Below, in pieces: positions 51,012 through 63,927 of a DNA stretch of 64,000 nucleotides. This stretch comes from Styela clava (taxonomy: Eukaryota). The first letter of the stretch is position 1; each line of letters starts with the position of its first letter. The stretch spans positions 3,472,001 to 3,536,000 of the forward strand of contig NC_135257.1 in assembly GCF_964204865.1 (NCBI RefSeq), given 5' to 3'. Below the pieces are notes generated by a model. The model was not told the origin of the DNA. It did no database searches and worked only from the letters and a program-made list of their open reading frames with translations. The translations under genes and the position numbers were made by a program.

Positions 51012-51428
51012 TACTACGTTGGTGTTCTGAATGCTAACATAACGATCGACAGCATCCTATGGTGTATTGCATCAAACGATTATAAATCAACCGAACGTGA
51101 AGGATTCTCATATGGATACGATTACAATATCAAAAGAAGAAGTTATACGAAGCTTCCCATTCACTTTGATTATATAAGCGACGTGTCTTCATCGGAACAG
51201 CAAACAACTGATGACAAAATTGTTGATGATTTTCCGATGGTGACTGCATACACTGATTACAAAAGCTACATAATATACACAGTTTATCTTGACGGAGATA
51301 TTGAAGGACGCTCTAGAGGTGTTTGGGTAGAAATGAGCAATCGACATTTGACCGCAGAAAATTTGTTGCGAGTCTTCAACAAAATGATCGAAATTGGGAA
51401 TGAATGGAGTGCTGTAAAATTATATTAA
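51012..51428 (+). CDS. Probable terminal exon of a lipocalin-like protein (5' exon not found)
   Basis: Acceptor ttctcag then 138 open codons: YYVG...YTDYKSYIIY...VWVEMSNRHLTAENLLRVFNKMIEIG, resembling lipocalin SCR1/SCR2/SCR3 and the C-terminal helix. Confidence 0.4.
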   Translation, partial: YYVGVLNANITIDSILWCIASNDYKSTEREGFSYGYDYNIKRRSYTKLPIHFDYISDVSSSEQQTTDDKIVDDFPMVTAYTDYKSYIIYTVYLDGDIEGRSRGVWVEMSNRHLTAENLLRVFNKMIEIGNEWSAVKLY

Positions 51429-53344
51429 ACTGAAGAATACATTCATGTTTAATATTAATCTATCAAACATATTCATTATCTGTATTGTTAAAATATATCC
51501 AAGTCATATATTCAGCGCTTATCTTTTTCAGGTAGTTTGAAACTCGATATATATAATATACATTTATTTAAGCATGATGAAACAGACTATACGGACTATG
51601 CGATAATCTTGGCCATACTGTTTATAAAAACTTCTATTCAACTTCTTATAAACTTCTATTCAACATTTGTATTCGTTGCCTCATTTAATCGCCGAAGAAA
51701 TTTGTTTAATATATATTCCTCATCGGCTGTGTCATACGAATTATGAAAAATAACGTCATTAGCATCTTTAACAGGGTTGACTAACGCTGACAGCATTATA
51801 TAATTTTGAAAATGATTGAAAACGAATTGGAAGTTCAAAAGATTTTAACCGCCAACAATATTTCTTCCCTGAACAATTTTGGTGCAAACAATTACAACGT
51901 AGATTAAGCAGTATTCGCCCTTTTCCAGAAAATGCTCGAACAAAATACAACACAGCCCGGAGTTTTTAACTGTTTTACTGAACCGTGGCTTATAATTATA
52001 AGATTATAATTTGAAACAGGAGAAATTTTCATTTTTTTTCTGTTTTTGATTATTTTTCAAATTGAAACTCAATTAAAACTAAAAATGATTCATAATAGAT
52101 GTGATTGATAGTGTATAGCAAATAATGACAAAAAAAATAAATTTTTTGATGTTGTTGGTCTGTAGATGAATTTCACATTCTGAAGTTTGCAGCTAACCCA
52201 CTGCTAAGCCTAAAGCCCTAAAGAATTCTGAAATAACAAAATATATATGAGATAAAAAAGGGGCGGGAGGCAAGTATCTATTAGAAACAAAAAACATTAT
52301 AGTACGTTATAGTTTTATCAAGAATTATAAAAGAAAATAGGCAACTTCTACTTGACTTACAAAGGCTCTTGTCACAAGTAATGACAAAATGGAAAAAAGT
52401 GTTAAAATTCATTATGCAGATCTATGTACAGGATAAATAACTCTTTCGCGAATTTGCTTAATTAATTGTCAAAGACTTATCTAACGTTCTAAAATTAAAT
52501 TATTCGGCTAAATTGTGTAATAAAAGAATTGAAAAAGCCTTGGGTTATTATATTCCGCGAAAAAGCTGAAAATTCAATGCTCGCATCTAGTCAATGAGCC
52601 TGGTCATATAGTTACGCGGTTTGGAAATCATAATATACTTCGCCGTACAGACTGCAGGCATTACGATATTAAAAGTTTGGTAATCACTGTTCTGGTTGCT
52701 TATGGATTTTCTAATTATTCAAGACTTCGCATTAGGAACGAATAACCTGGGAACTATCTTTTTTATATTGATCCGGATTGGCGATTTAAATTAAACTTGG
52801 CCAGTTAATTGATTCAGCTATTCAGACACATCAAAGGAAAAGAATATTTTTCGAATTGCGACACATGAACAAAGAGGAGAATTTGAGGAAAGTTAAACTT
52901 CTATAAATAAATGTGTTTCTAGATATGATTTCACCTTGTGATAATATTTTTCACTATACGCCAGCGCTCTTTCCATATCATTATTCCTTGATTAAGTTTG
53001 ACTGCATAGAAACGTCACATTTTTACATTTTGCTAACACCAAATTAGAAAAACGCGAACAGACTTACTCAACGTATGAGTCGCTCGCTAAACGGAGTCTA
53101 GTAAAATTTACTACATTGTATGCTTTGAAAAAGTCGATTTTCTGCGATCTTCATTTCGCTTTGCACTTTTACACAAATGCACTTTGCACTCATACACAAA
53201 TCATATTGCCTACCCCTACAGCATATGCGCTCTACGATGTGCCCCTAGCTACCTCATTGCTTCAGCCAATACCATCTTCACCATCAGACTAAATTTTAAT
53301 TAATAAGAAAACGATACTCAAATATATGGACACGATGGCCGGTG

Positions 53345-53569
53345 CTCCATAAGTATGCGTACCAAGATGGCGGACACCGGAACGTAGTATATATACCACT
53401 TAGGGTTAGGCCATAATTTCAGGTACGAATACAACGGCAGTCACTTGGCTAGTCCCCGAACTCGTAATAAAATAAAATAAGGAAAATTGGAATAAAATTT
53501 TGGCCTTTCCCCCAACCTGGTACACATACTTTGTCCCGATGTCCGCCATATTGGTTCACATACTCGTTG
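53345..53569. mobile_element. MITE, same family as 2032-2257 (internal part in opposite orientation)
   Basis: accaagatggcggacaccggaacg...ttagggttaggccataa...gatgtccgccatattggttcacatact. Confidence 0.8.
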
Positions 53570-54059
53570 ATAATGAACTTAAAAACCTGAAGGTGTATGA
53601 TCTACTGAAAAGACATGCTTGAATGTTAATATTATATAAAAAAAAATTAATTTCAAGCACAGATTGGACTGTAATATTATCATGCAATCTAATAGGCTAG
53701 TGTCCGCAAGTTGTAAACGTGGTAAATTTGACCGACGGCCTCACCTTCAACTGGAATAATTTTCAATGTAAATCAAGCGACGTGCATGTCAGCCAAAATC
53801 ACCAACCCAGATACGTGCCCGCATTATCTATATAATTTGTGACGCAACAATGTTCTCAAGTCGGTTCTTTGCGTGAATGACATTTTATATTTCATGTGCG
53901 CCGCGTTTGCGTTGTTGTCTACGCTTGAATATGTTATAATTTATTATATTAGAGTTCCCGACTTGGACTGTAAACCCTTTATCAGTTGTGTATACCCAAC
54001 CCCAATAATTCGGAATGTTTTATTTTTGCTTGTATCGCGCTAACACATTTCGTTTGAAG

Positions 54060-54978
54060 CAGTGGTTCTCAACCTGTGGTACCCGTACCACTAGTGGTAC
54101 GCGGGAGCTTTTGAAGTGGTACGCGAGCAGATTTGAATTATCGCAGCAATTAACCTTTCAGTTGGCTAAAGTATGCCGGCTACGCTCTATCTTCCTTACT
54201 GTATGTATTCGCTGAACAGCGTTTATGGATGTTCCCCCAAGCATCAGTTTCCTTGTTTATCTCCGTAACTATAACCAATCAGCAAAAACTTGTAACAATC
54301 GCAATTTCTGCACCCAGCCGCTCAGACACTTCCGTCGCTCAAACAGATATTCAAGCATGGTTGCAAACATTGCCTCGTTTTTGTAGTTTTGAGTGATATT
54401 TGTCAGTTTTCAGTTGTGTTTCAAGAAAATAATTGTGATTTAATCAACTTAATTGTCATTATGTCTTCCGCGGAGCTTCACTTTAGTTGCAGTTATCCAA
54501 ATTGAATCTTGCAAATGCTGTGATGGACACGGTTAAACTTAGCTATATCAGTACTTGCGAACGGCACATGGTTGATTTGATTAATTTTAATAAAAATGAT
54601 GCTTTTGAACACGTAAACCAGTTTATATGCGCCAACACATCAAAACACTCTCAGAATAAGCATAAAGTTTGCGATAGTAAAGTATAGGGCTAATTTTTCC
54701 GGGTTCAATGGTCGGGTAAACGTCCATAGCGCTAGTGCGCTTGTCTTTAGAGATCGCCCTCGCCCGCTATTGCCCTCCTTAATGAAGCGATATGGGCATG
54801 TTTTCGTCCATTATGCATGTTACGCCACAGAGGATGTAGTGCTACATTATAAAATACTTCCATAGCACGTTTCTTGTGTCCTTTTCCCCACGCCAAAAAA
54901 GGGAGCTTTGTCGATGGTACGCGGCCATAGTAAAAACAGTACAGTGGTACGCGGTCAGTAAAAGGTTGAGAACCACTG
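54060..54978. mobile_element. Non-autonomous Buster/Charlie hAT (919 bp)
   Basis: Perfect 16-bp TIR cagtggttctcaacct / aggttgagaaccactg. TSD gtttgaag versus gtttaaag. Subterminal gtggtacgcg repeats. Confidence 0.9.
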
Positions 54979-56029
54979 GTTTAAAGTAACATCTGGAAAA
55001 TAAAACGTATATGTTCCTTCACATTGGGTTCCCCTCATTTCGTTTACCGCCACTCGATTTAAATAAATATTTTTGGATCAGAAACTTTATTGTCAATTAA
55101 AATGGCCGGCTAATGAAGTTATTCAGTAATATTTCTCTTCAAATATACGCGAAATATTTTACTCAGAATGAAGTTTAAATTGAATTTCAATCTAAATTAA
55201 ATATTTTCTAGACGTCGGTAGTTGATTCTTTATCCAATCATTCCAGGGCTTATCATCGCTTAGTCGCAGCGCAAGTGTGCTGTTGAAAATTTTCATCAAA
55301 ATTGTCACGAATTTTCAGTTTTACGATTCATTTAAATTCGCGCATAATAGAAACTTGATCCATTCAGTGGAAAACTAAACTCGCAGTTTGGGGGAAATTA
55401 TGCCACACAGCATCACGAAGAGAGTGTGTCGTGCTGAACTTGAAACAAATGACGGCAGATCAGTAAATAAGGCAACAACGAAAAATTCATTTTCGTCCCG
55501 TAAGTTGGTGCTATTTGGAGTGCCACATAACGCATTCATCAAATTTAATGCCGCCAAAAACAACTATTAACAAACGTTCAATGTTTGTTTGTTTTTTCGC
55601 TAAATCGCTCCCTTTTTCCGAATCGCTTTAATCTGATTCGAATCGATTCGGTTCGTAAATCCAAAAGTGGCATTCCTACTCATACACGTGTTGTTTCCGC
55701 TTTACAAAATTATCATTTCCAAAAATGGCGATAGTCGAGCGCGAACATATGGGCCGCTGCACGGGTAATACGTGGTCTTCAGACGCACCGCCGATCACGC
55801 GCTTCAGTTTTGTTCGCCCTTCCGCGTTCCACGTGACGCCCTTATTATTATGACATTGCACAACCCAACTATTTTTTGTTACAATTTGATACATTTATCC
55901 CATTGCCAAAATCATTCAATACTGTTATTATCGGCACTTGCGACAAAAGTGAATAGGGCAAACAAACTGTATTTCATCACAAAAATTATTTATTATCGCT
56001 AAAAACACTAAATTGGTTTAAAGTTAATT

Positions 56030-56389
56030 GTTTATAAACGGGTCTTACTACTTACTGAATACAGCGCGAAACACCGCAAAGAGCGCAAAACAGCGCGAAA
56101 CAGCGCAAAAGAGCGCGAAACAGCGCAAAATAGCGCGAAACAGAGGAAAACATCGCGAAACAGAAGGAAACCAGCGCAAAACAGAGGGAAACAGCGCAAA
56201 ACAGGAGACGCAGTCATTACCACCTCCTGCCACGAAAGAACCACGGCGTCTCTCGCCATAGTTTTATGGCGCTATTTCCGGTATATTTACAAGGTTATGT
56301 ACCGGATTATAGGTCATCATGCGAAATTTTATCTACCTTTTTGGTGCTCCAGAAGTATGTGCAGCAATATGTCGCACAACCTGAATCCG

Positions 56390-56421
<32 letters not shown>

Positions 56422-57976
56422 TTTACTATTTTCAGGTTGTGCGCCATCTTGGTGCACATACTTCTGGAGGTCCCTTTTTACCTAACCCTAACCCTAAAGC
56501 CAACCATATCCACATGGAAAATGTTCTAAATTATGGTACCCAAAATGTGTCACCAGCAGGGGCAGACCTGCCATTACAGCATTACTGGCTACACTGTTAA
56601 AAAATTTTTTCCAAATTTACTAAAAAAAAATGGCAGCAAAAGTACTGGCCCCATGTAAAAAAATTTACAGGCCTTATCAGTAGTATTATGAACAGTATTT
56701 TTAGTAAATTTACATAGATTGATGGTAGCAAAAATTACTATAAAACTGTAAAAAATACTACTTTTTTGACGGCAGTAAACCTACCCACCAGTAGTAATAT
56801 TTTTTACCTTAAAATAGTAAATAAAATTACTATCTCGATGGCAGCTACCTTACCCGACAGTAGTACCATACAATACTAGCATGATGGTAATTTCTCACTC
56901 GCGATGACCGAACCACTACGAGAGTAGCAAAGCTATTTACTAGCACGACACAACAGTAAACACACATATTACAGTTAAAATAAAAAAAACGAGATTCTGG
57001 AAACGAAAATCATTTTATTACAATTGATATTTTTATAAAACCATAAATACACACTGAACGCCTTTAAGGCTTCTAAAACAGTTTCGAAAGAAATTTCAGA
57101 AAATATATGGTCTACAGTCAAATTTAAACACCTATTAGGAGACGTTGAAGGCTATCCATGCAATAAAATGAGGGCACAAGTTCTTGTAGGACATAGGAAT
57201 TCTGTATGTAATGGATCAAAATCGAGTTTCTATTGGCACTTGTTAGAAATCTGGTCTATACATTTCGAGGTCTATTTATTTATCTCAATAGATCCAAATA
57301 AAGTCAAACAAGAAAACGTTTTAGGACTGGGTTGTTTAGTTGACAAACTTATTTTGAAATCAAATTTCTGGATACCAGGCTATGAGACGCTGGCAAACGT
57401 GACATAATAACGAGACTATTGTAAGAATTTCACGATTTTTTGCACTTTACTCTAATTATAATGTTTCAAAATGAAAATTTTGGGAAATATCATGCAACCT
57501 ATTTTGTAGCTATGGCAAGAGTTTCAAAGATGACAAATTCTAAAGTTAATTATGCAAGATAATTTTCAAGATAAGATTTCAAGGGGCGTGAAGTGGAAGA
57601 GCGGGAGTTTGAGGATTTTGGTAGGAGCATGAGTGGGAGTTCTAAATACATACGTTGGTTTGTGTTTTTAATTTGCTGCCGTGGTAATCCAACTCAAAAC
57701 AAGGTGCCCCGAACTCATTGCAAAAATTTTTTCTGCTTCACACTGTTTCCCTCTGTTTTGCGCTCTTTCGCGCTGTTTCCCCACTATTTTGCGCTGTTTC
57801 CCTCTGTTTTGCGCTGTTTCGCGCTATTTTGCGCTGTTTCGCGCTCTTTTGCGCTGTTTCGCGCTCTTTTGCGCTGTTTCGCGCTATTTTGCGCTGTTTC
57901 GCGCTCTTTTGCGCTGTTTCGCGCTCTTTGCGGTGTTTCGCGCTGTATTCAGTGAGTAGTAAGACCGTTTATAAAC
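56030..57976. mobile_element. Foldback-like element with modular 10-bp subterminal arrays
   Basis: Inverted ends gtttataaacg(g)gtcttactact(t/c)actgaatacagcgcgaaacaccgcaaagagcgc, followed by (cagcgcraaa)n arrays at ~56061-56203 and ~57742-57946. Confidence 0.85.
56347..56469. mobile_element. Short MITE (related TIR) enclosing a (CA)n microsatellite at 56392-56420
   Basis: ctccagaagtatgtgcagcaatatgtcgcacaacctgaa versus ttcaggttgtgcgccatcttggtgcacatacttctggag. Confidence 0.75.
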
Positions 57977-58939
57977 CGCTGGACGTATGTTTTCACGTCA
58001 TGAATTTCGTGCAAGGCCCGCATGTCGAAACGCTTATTCGACTTTTCAGACCGCAGAAACTATTAGACAAATGTAACCGTTTTTGTGTTCCAGATATGGA
58101 ATAATCGTCAATTCTACCACGCATTCGTGAAGTAGTGCAATTTACTAAATTTAATGAAGTTTTTATTAGATTTCATTGCATCATAGTTCGGACAACCACG
58201 CGTTTTGCCAGATTACTGCCGTGATTACAGATTGCAAGGGAGGGTAAAATAGAACATGTTTTATCAAATCGAATAATTCGAATATTTTTAACGAATTGTC
58301 AAATATCGGGTATTTTTATTATATATACAACAGGCATGTAGAACGCTAGACATTCTAATGTTGGTGAGCTATTTCTGCCTTTCCTCTTTTTTCACAAGGA
58401 CCAATTATTACACAACGGCGAACGTCAAAGTTTGGCTGTATATTCCTGGGAGAACTATGCGTTCATATCGGCGACATATGTTAAAGACAGCTAATAGGGA
58501 GTGAATTCGGGGTTTTATTCCGATTTTTATCTTTTGCGTCGGCTATGATCCTTCTCCCTACCGTTTTTAAATTACCTGTCCATATCTTAAGCTAAAAATA
58601 TTACCATTTCTGACGCCGGAATGCGGATATCTATGAATACGATAGTTGACCTTCTTTTTATTTTTCTACTGTGCCTGTTTTATTTTCGTATTGAATGGTG
58701 AATGAAAACCCGGCAAATGCCTTGGTAAAATTTCACACAATAATTTGTTACCTTGTTTGACATTTTCAATTTACGAAACGCGCGGTGTTGGCGCCCTTTA
58801 TGCAAAACTTGGAATTGAAACAATACCCAGATACGACTCCTCAAATTTGTCGTTTCTGTTCGGTAGCAAGAGCCGTGGGGTAATTCTCTGGAATTTAAGG
58901 GATTGGAATCACTTGAAATAAATTTAAAAATGAAATTAC

Positions 58940-59435
58940 TTCGCGGCACACCTAAATCATTTCGCGACGCACTAATGTGCCGCGGCACCCTGGTTGGGAA
59001 CCCCTGGACTAGAGGCATTGATTTGTTAGGAGCTGTGATAAAAATAACAAAGCGTCTTGGCTTGTCATTGGCAACTTTCGGAAATAACCACTGATGGCGC
59101 CTCATCAATAGTTGGGAAACAACATTTTTATTGTTCTAATAATTGTGAAAGTTTGGTGTGAGAGAATTATTTTTTATTTCATTAACTTGTAGTCAGTGTA
59201 GCAAAACTACAATATAACTACCATGTTAAGTGGCCCGCGCAATTATTAGTTAACTACATGTGGCCCTTTGGCCAAAAAGGTCGTAAGACCCTGGACTCTA
59301 AACCCTGAGGCCATTGAAAAATCGTCTATGTAAACTACTGAAGTGCGGAAATTTCTGTGGTGCCCATTTTCATTATTGTCACACGCACCTGGTTATATTG
59401 CTTAATGCAGTGAACCAGTGGTTCTCAACCTTTTA
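58940..59435. mobile_element. Cluster of unpaired hAT MITE ends
   Basis: cgcggcac repeats ending ggttgggaacccctg (59006), gtggccc...gaccctg (~59293) and cagtggttctcaacct (59417). Partners were not identified. Confidence 0.55.
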
Positions 59436-60729
59436 CGCCTTTACGGCAACATGTCCTAGCAGCCCCAGCCTGCCGGTACTGTTTAGTCCTGTCTGCCAGC
59501 ATCATCCAAGTCTTCATTAAGTTTCATTCAACGGCTCTTGCCCTAAAATAATAGACTACAATCTAATTTACAAACGTTATTGCGAATATTCTGCAACTTT
59601 GAGATTCTTCCGAAACTATGCCAGCAAAAAATTAATCAACTGAAAGTACCGCATGATTTGGGCACAGATAGCAAACGTCTGTCATCTGCCAGAACAGATG
59701 CGTCGTATGCCATGAAAATTACAAGGTTGCAAAAAATCTAAGCCCGCTGCTTCAGGCAAATACTTGCTTCACCTATGCAAGACAATGTTTGAATATTGTG
59801 ACAAATACCCATGTATAGGCGAAAAACAAACATGGGTGGAAAAATGTTTAGAAATATTTCACGTTCAATATTTTTCTGTTAATTGTAAATAAAATTGCAA
59901 GCTGGTTCATATTTTTTACACATTGCCATAAGTTTATAGGGTATATATTCCCGTAGTATGTAAATTGGGTTAGGGTTAAGCCATAACTAAACAAATATAT
60001 AGGAAAAGTCCTACCGTACAGATGCGCGACATTCGTGTCTATTTATCTGAGTATTGTTCTTGTATTTTGTTACATAATGCATTTGAAGTTTTTTTTTCAT
60101 GGTAAAATATATGCTTCTCAAATGACCGAACCCAAGTACTAGGCCAGTTATAAATGATAGTAAATGTACATTAATATCCAATATTTAAAACAAAATCAGT
60201 TTGCCGATACCAACGTGTTATGGTACCACGAACTCAATAAATATTTAAACGTTTTAGATCAAATGAAGGTAAATATGAAACACGTGCTTTATATTTCTTA
60301 GTATAGAGGTCCTGGGTTTTTATTTTTACTATTTTAATTATAATCGAAATATTCAATACGATTGCTGATAGTTTTTGAAAAAGAAATCTGTATTTTAATT
60401 AAATCGAAACCATGCCCAATTCATCGAGTAAGTTGAACTAAACCAAATTAAAACTGAAACCAAATTTAAAATGGAAGACTATATTTCTTACGGTTACCAT
60501 AATTATTATTATACATAAAAAACATCAAATTGATGACTATTCCTATAACAACTTTTTTTTACAAAATTAACAAATGGAGAACACAATGGCACTAATGGGT
60601 AATATATAAGCTCTATTGTGATTCTCGTACGCTCTGAATAATATATATGGGATTACATTGTAGTCTACTATGTCATATATTTGTTTAGCCTAATTAGCTT
60701 AAGCAAGATCAGTGTTTCAATGATAAAAC

Positions 60730-61760
60730 TTATTCATATATAAAATTAATTCCTCTTCCTTATATTTTTTCTTCCACTCGTCTGTCTATTTCACTAGATT
60801 GCTCAGCAGTAAAATGATTCTTCCAATTCCTGAAATGAGAGTTACTGTATACAAGAAGAAATTATATACAAATAACCATAGTGCTAGAAACCAATATATA
60901 TTCTCTACAAATTATTGTGATTAATACATTTACTAAGATAAATGTAATGCAGAAACCGCATTCATATGTACCTGTCATGCATATTTTAGTGGAATGGCGA
61001 AAATTGCATCTTCTGATTTCGATGCCATATCAGATTTTCTCATGGTATCAATTGAACATTTTTCAACTATTTCATTGATTTCGTCATCTGATAGTTCAAC
61101 TCCCAGAAATTGTGACAACTCTCTTGTTTTTTCATGAGGACTCTGGATAGAAAGCAAAACCTAAGTCTAATTGAAAGAATTATGTGTTACAACAATTGAA
61201 AATACAATAATTAGAAGTAGCAATTCGAAATGACCAATTATGCTTTTTAAATATCAAATAACTTTTTAATATATTAGAGATTAGGATACCCTAATCATTT
61301 CTTCATACATCATCAATATTGCGTTGTTGTTGTTTTTTATATGAGTCAGCCAAAATAGGATGTGATCGAAATATGTTTCTTCTTTTTGCAGGCCAAAGGG
61401 ATACGGCTATTAATAAAGAAATCAAATGCTTAATTATTCAATTCAATTTCAAATGTTATTCTCACGGTCTCCAATCTGCATCTCCAGTCCAATATTTGCT
61501 GTTTCCTAATACAATTTGCATGCTGAGCGTTTTTCAGCTGCTCCCACTCAAAAGATGCTATTTTTGTTACAGTAAAGATTTTGTAGAATGCTGTTGCTTG
61601 TTCACAGATTGTGGAAACAAATACCTTTTATTGCTCCTCCAAAATATTTGTTCCAATCGTTGATTGTAAATCTCGCTAGCTCGCTCTCGTAAGGAAATTC
61701 TTTTATGAAATTGAAGAACGAAACAAGCCTGTCCTTCGGATTTCGTAATGTATAAACAAT
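60730..61760 (-). pseudogene. Cytosolic sulfotransferase (SULT1-like) 3' exons, disabled
   Basis: Exons 61760-61625 (RNPKDRLVS), 61406-61290 (YFDHILFW...YEEM), 61142-60972 (SQFLG..L...CS...M) and 60829-60730 (NWKNHFT). Stops at 60975-60977 and 60760-60762, phase mismatches, and a broken RKGxxGxWK motif. Confidence 0.85.
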
Positions 61761-63085
61761 CTGAAAATAAAACACAAATATTATTTTCACTGCTTCTTTA
61801 TTTATACATTGCAAAGTGAACACTTTTGATGCTGTTGTTACAAAAATGTACAAATCTGAAAGTTTGTTAGATACGGCCACATAAAATTTTTCACTAACCC
61901 TCATGTGGTTTCGTAGATGCACGCAACTCGAAATTTGATGCAAATTCTCAGTGAAGCGTTTATCCCCAATTCTCTTTTCTGAGGGCGTTCAAAATAAGAA
62001 AAGAGTGCACCGCAACTAAGTGGCAGCATGTGACAAATAGGTCATTTTTTGTTTACCAGAGATCATACTAAGCTATTTTACTGCAATTTTTGAATGGGAA
62101 AATTTTGGAGGTGGAAGGATTTTATTATTGAATATTGATCCATAAACATTTTCTTAGTGAAGGAGGTTGGAGTATAACAAATAATAAATATTTTATTGAA
62201 TGAAATGACTAATGGTAAGAAATTAAGTAGTGGATTGTTCATTGGACTTGATGTTGTTGTTACTGTTATGAAAAAAATCGCTTCTCCTACTAACTATTTG
62301 ACCAATTGCGCTGTTAAAGTTTGTTGTTGCAAAGGCTAATACTACTACTGTATCTCAAAACCTTTGATACTACAATGGTGACTCGAATCAATGATTTGGT
62401 ATATGGATTCACATTGAGACTGGACGCATGAATTAACGAAAGCTTAATTGTTGTTTCTCTTTATTATTGCTTCTTAGGGGGAAATAGCGAAAGCATGGTT
62501 ATTGTTTCAGTTGAAAGTTGTTTAAGTAAAATGTAATACTACCGGTACGGTAATAAATTTGATACTACTTCGTTTTGACTTGAGTGTTCATATATTGAAG
62601 CATTGCTCTTATATTTTCGAAAATATCAATTATATATGTCTTTTTTCGTGAAGAATTTATCCTTGGCTGTTATGTAGCATTGCATGTATATTTATGTATA
62701 TTTAAAACATTTCTTTTCTAATTAACCAACACAACGATACCATAACCACTATAATAGCTAAAAACGTCAGGGGGTTATGAATTCAGCAAGACGCGTTCGA
62801 TGACATCCCTCCCGAATTATTACTGCGCGGAAAGCTTCAAAATGCAAAGTAAAAGTATTGTCAATGACAATACACTTCACGCAGTCGTACACTGATACAA
62901 AGTCTGTTGCACGCATTCTGTTTTATAAGACCACATAATATGCAGTAACTACCCGTCTCAAATTCATGCCATAATACATTTTTTTCCCTGACAGAAAAAT
63001 CAAATTGATTTTGCCGGAGGAAGTGATAGACGCCGGTGCAGACGTCTACTACGTGCATATTTTGAAACTGTCAGATTGTCTAGAG

Positions 63086-63841
63086 CAGGGTTCGGCAACC
63101 TTTTGTTGCTCGCGGGCCAATTATGAAGTGGCACATATTTTTAAAAAGTTAAAATCGAACGGATGGCCGATGAATCACAATTTTTTCACACAGATCAAAA
63201 ATTGAAATTATAAGCAGCGCCCATCTTACAATTCATTTACAAATAACATTTGATTTGATATTTTTGTTGCATCACGCTTGATACGTTTTTGACATCAGGT
63301 GACACACTGGATGAAGTTAAGATTTGAACATTTTCCAAATCGGCATCACTTGCCCTAGTTTCTCCACTTATTCTTTGTAATGATAATTTTCGAAAATAAT
63401 TGTTCGCACACATATGTACTTCCAAACATCAGTATGAATTTTTTCGCATGGTTTGTCAAATTTGGAGAAAGTTTTCAAGGAGATAAAATGAAGCAGTGAT
63501 ACATCACTCGAATAAAATATAGATTTCTTTCTTCATTGCATTGCATCAAAAAACAAAGTTCATTTGAATATTTTGTGCGCCATTGAACCCTTTGCACTTA
63601 GCATCAACTTTGTTGTTTTGTTGCAATTTGTATATTTATAATTAAATTATAGTCACATTAAACGAGTACTTGGGAATTATATACTTGTTAGAATATATTA
63701 TAATTTAATCTACACGTGTTTCGCAATAAATTCTGTTACGTAAAAAAATGCATTCGTCAAAACAGCCATTTTGTTACAATAATTCAGTGAAGCTTCGCGG
63801 GTCAGAGATCCGGTCCGCGGTTGCCGGGTTTCCGACCCTTG
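63086..63841 (-). mobile_element. Internally deleted Buster/SPIN hAT
   Basis: Ends cagggttcggcaacc and ggtttccgacccttg. TSD gtctagag versus gtctagac. hATC tail relic at 63237-63430. Confidence 0.8.
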
Positions 63842-63927
63842 GTCTAGACTAGAGTCGAGAATTTAGAATTAACACTCTAAGACACTATTATCGGCAATCT
63901 TCCGGCACTAAATATCACTACTATGTG

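Noticed and set aside
56061-57946. CRISPR-like array
   Set aside because: The units are head-to-tail 10-mers with no unique spacers and no cas genes, in a eukaryotic context.
56028-58104. Repetitive ORFs (RCFALFCAVS..., KSAKQRETA...)
   Set aside because: They are translations of the 10-bp foldback arrays and are open in several frames.
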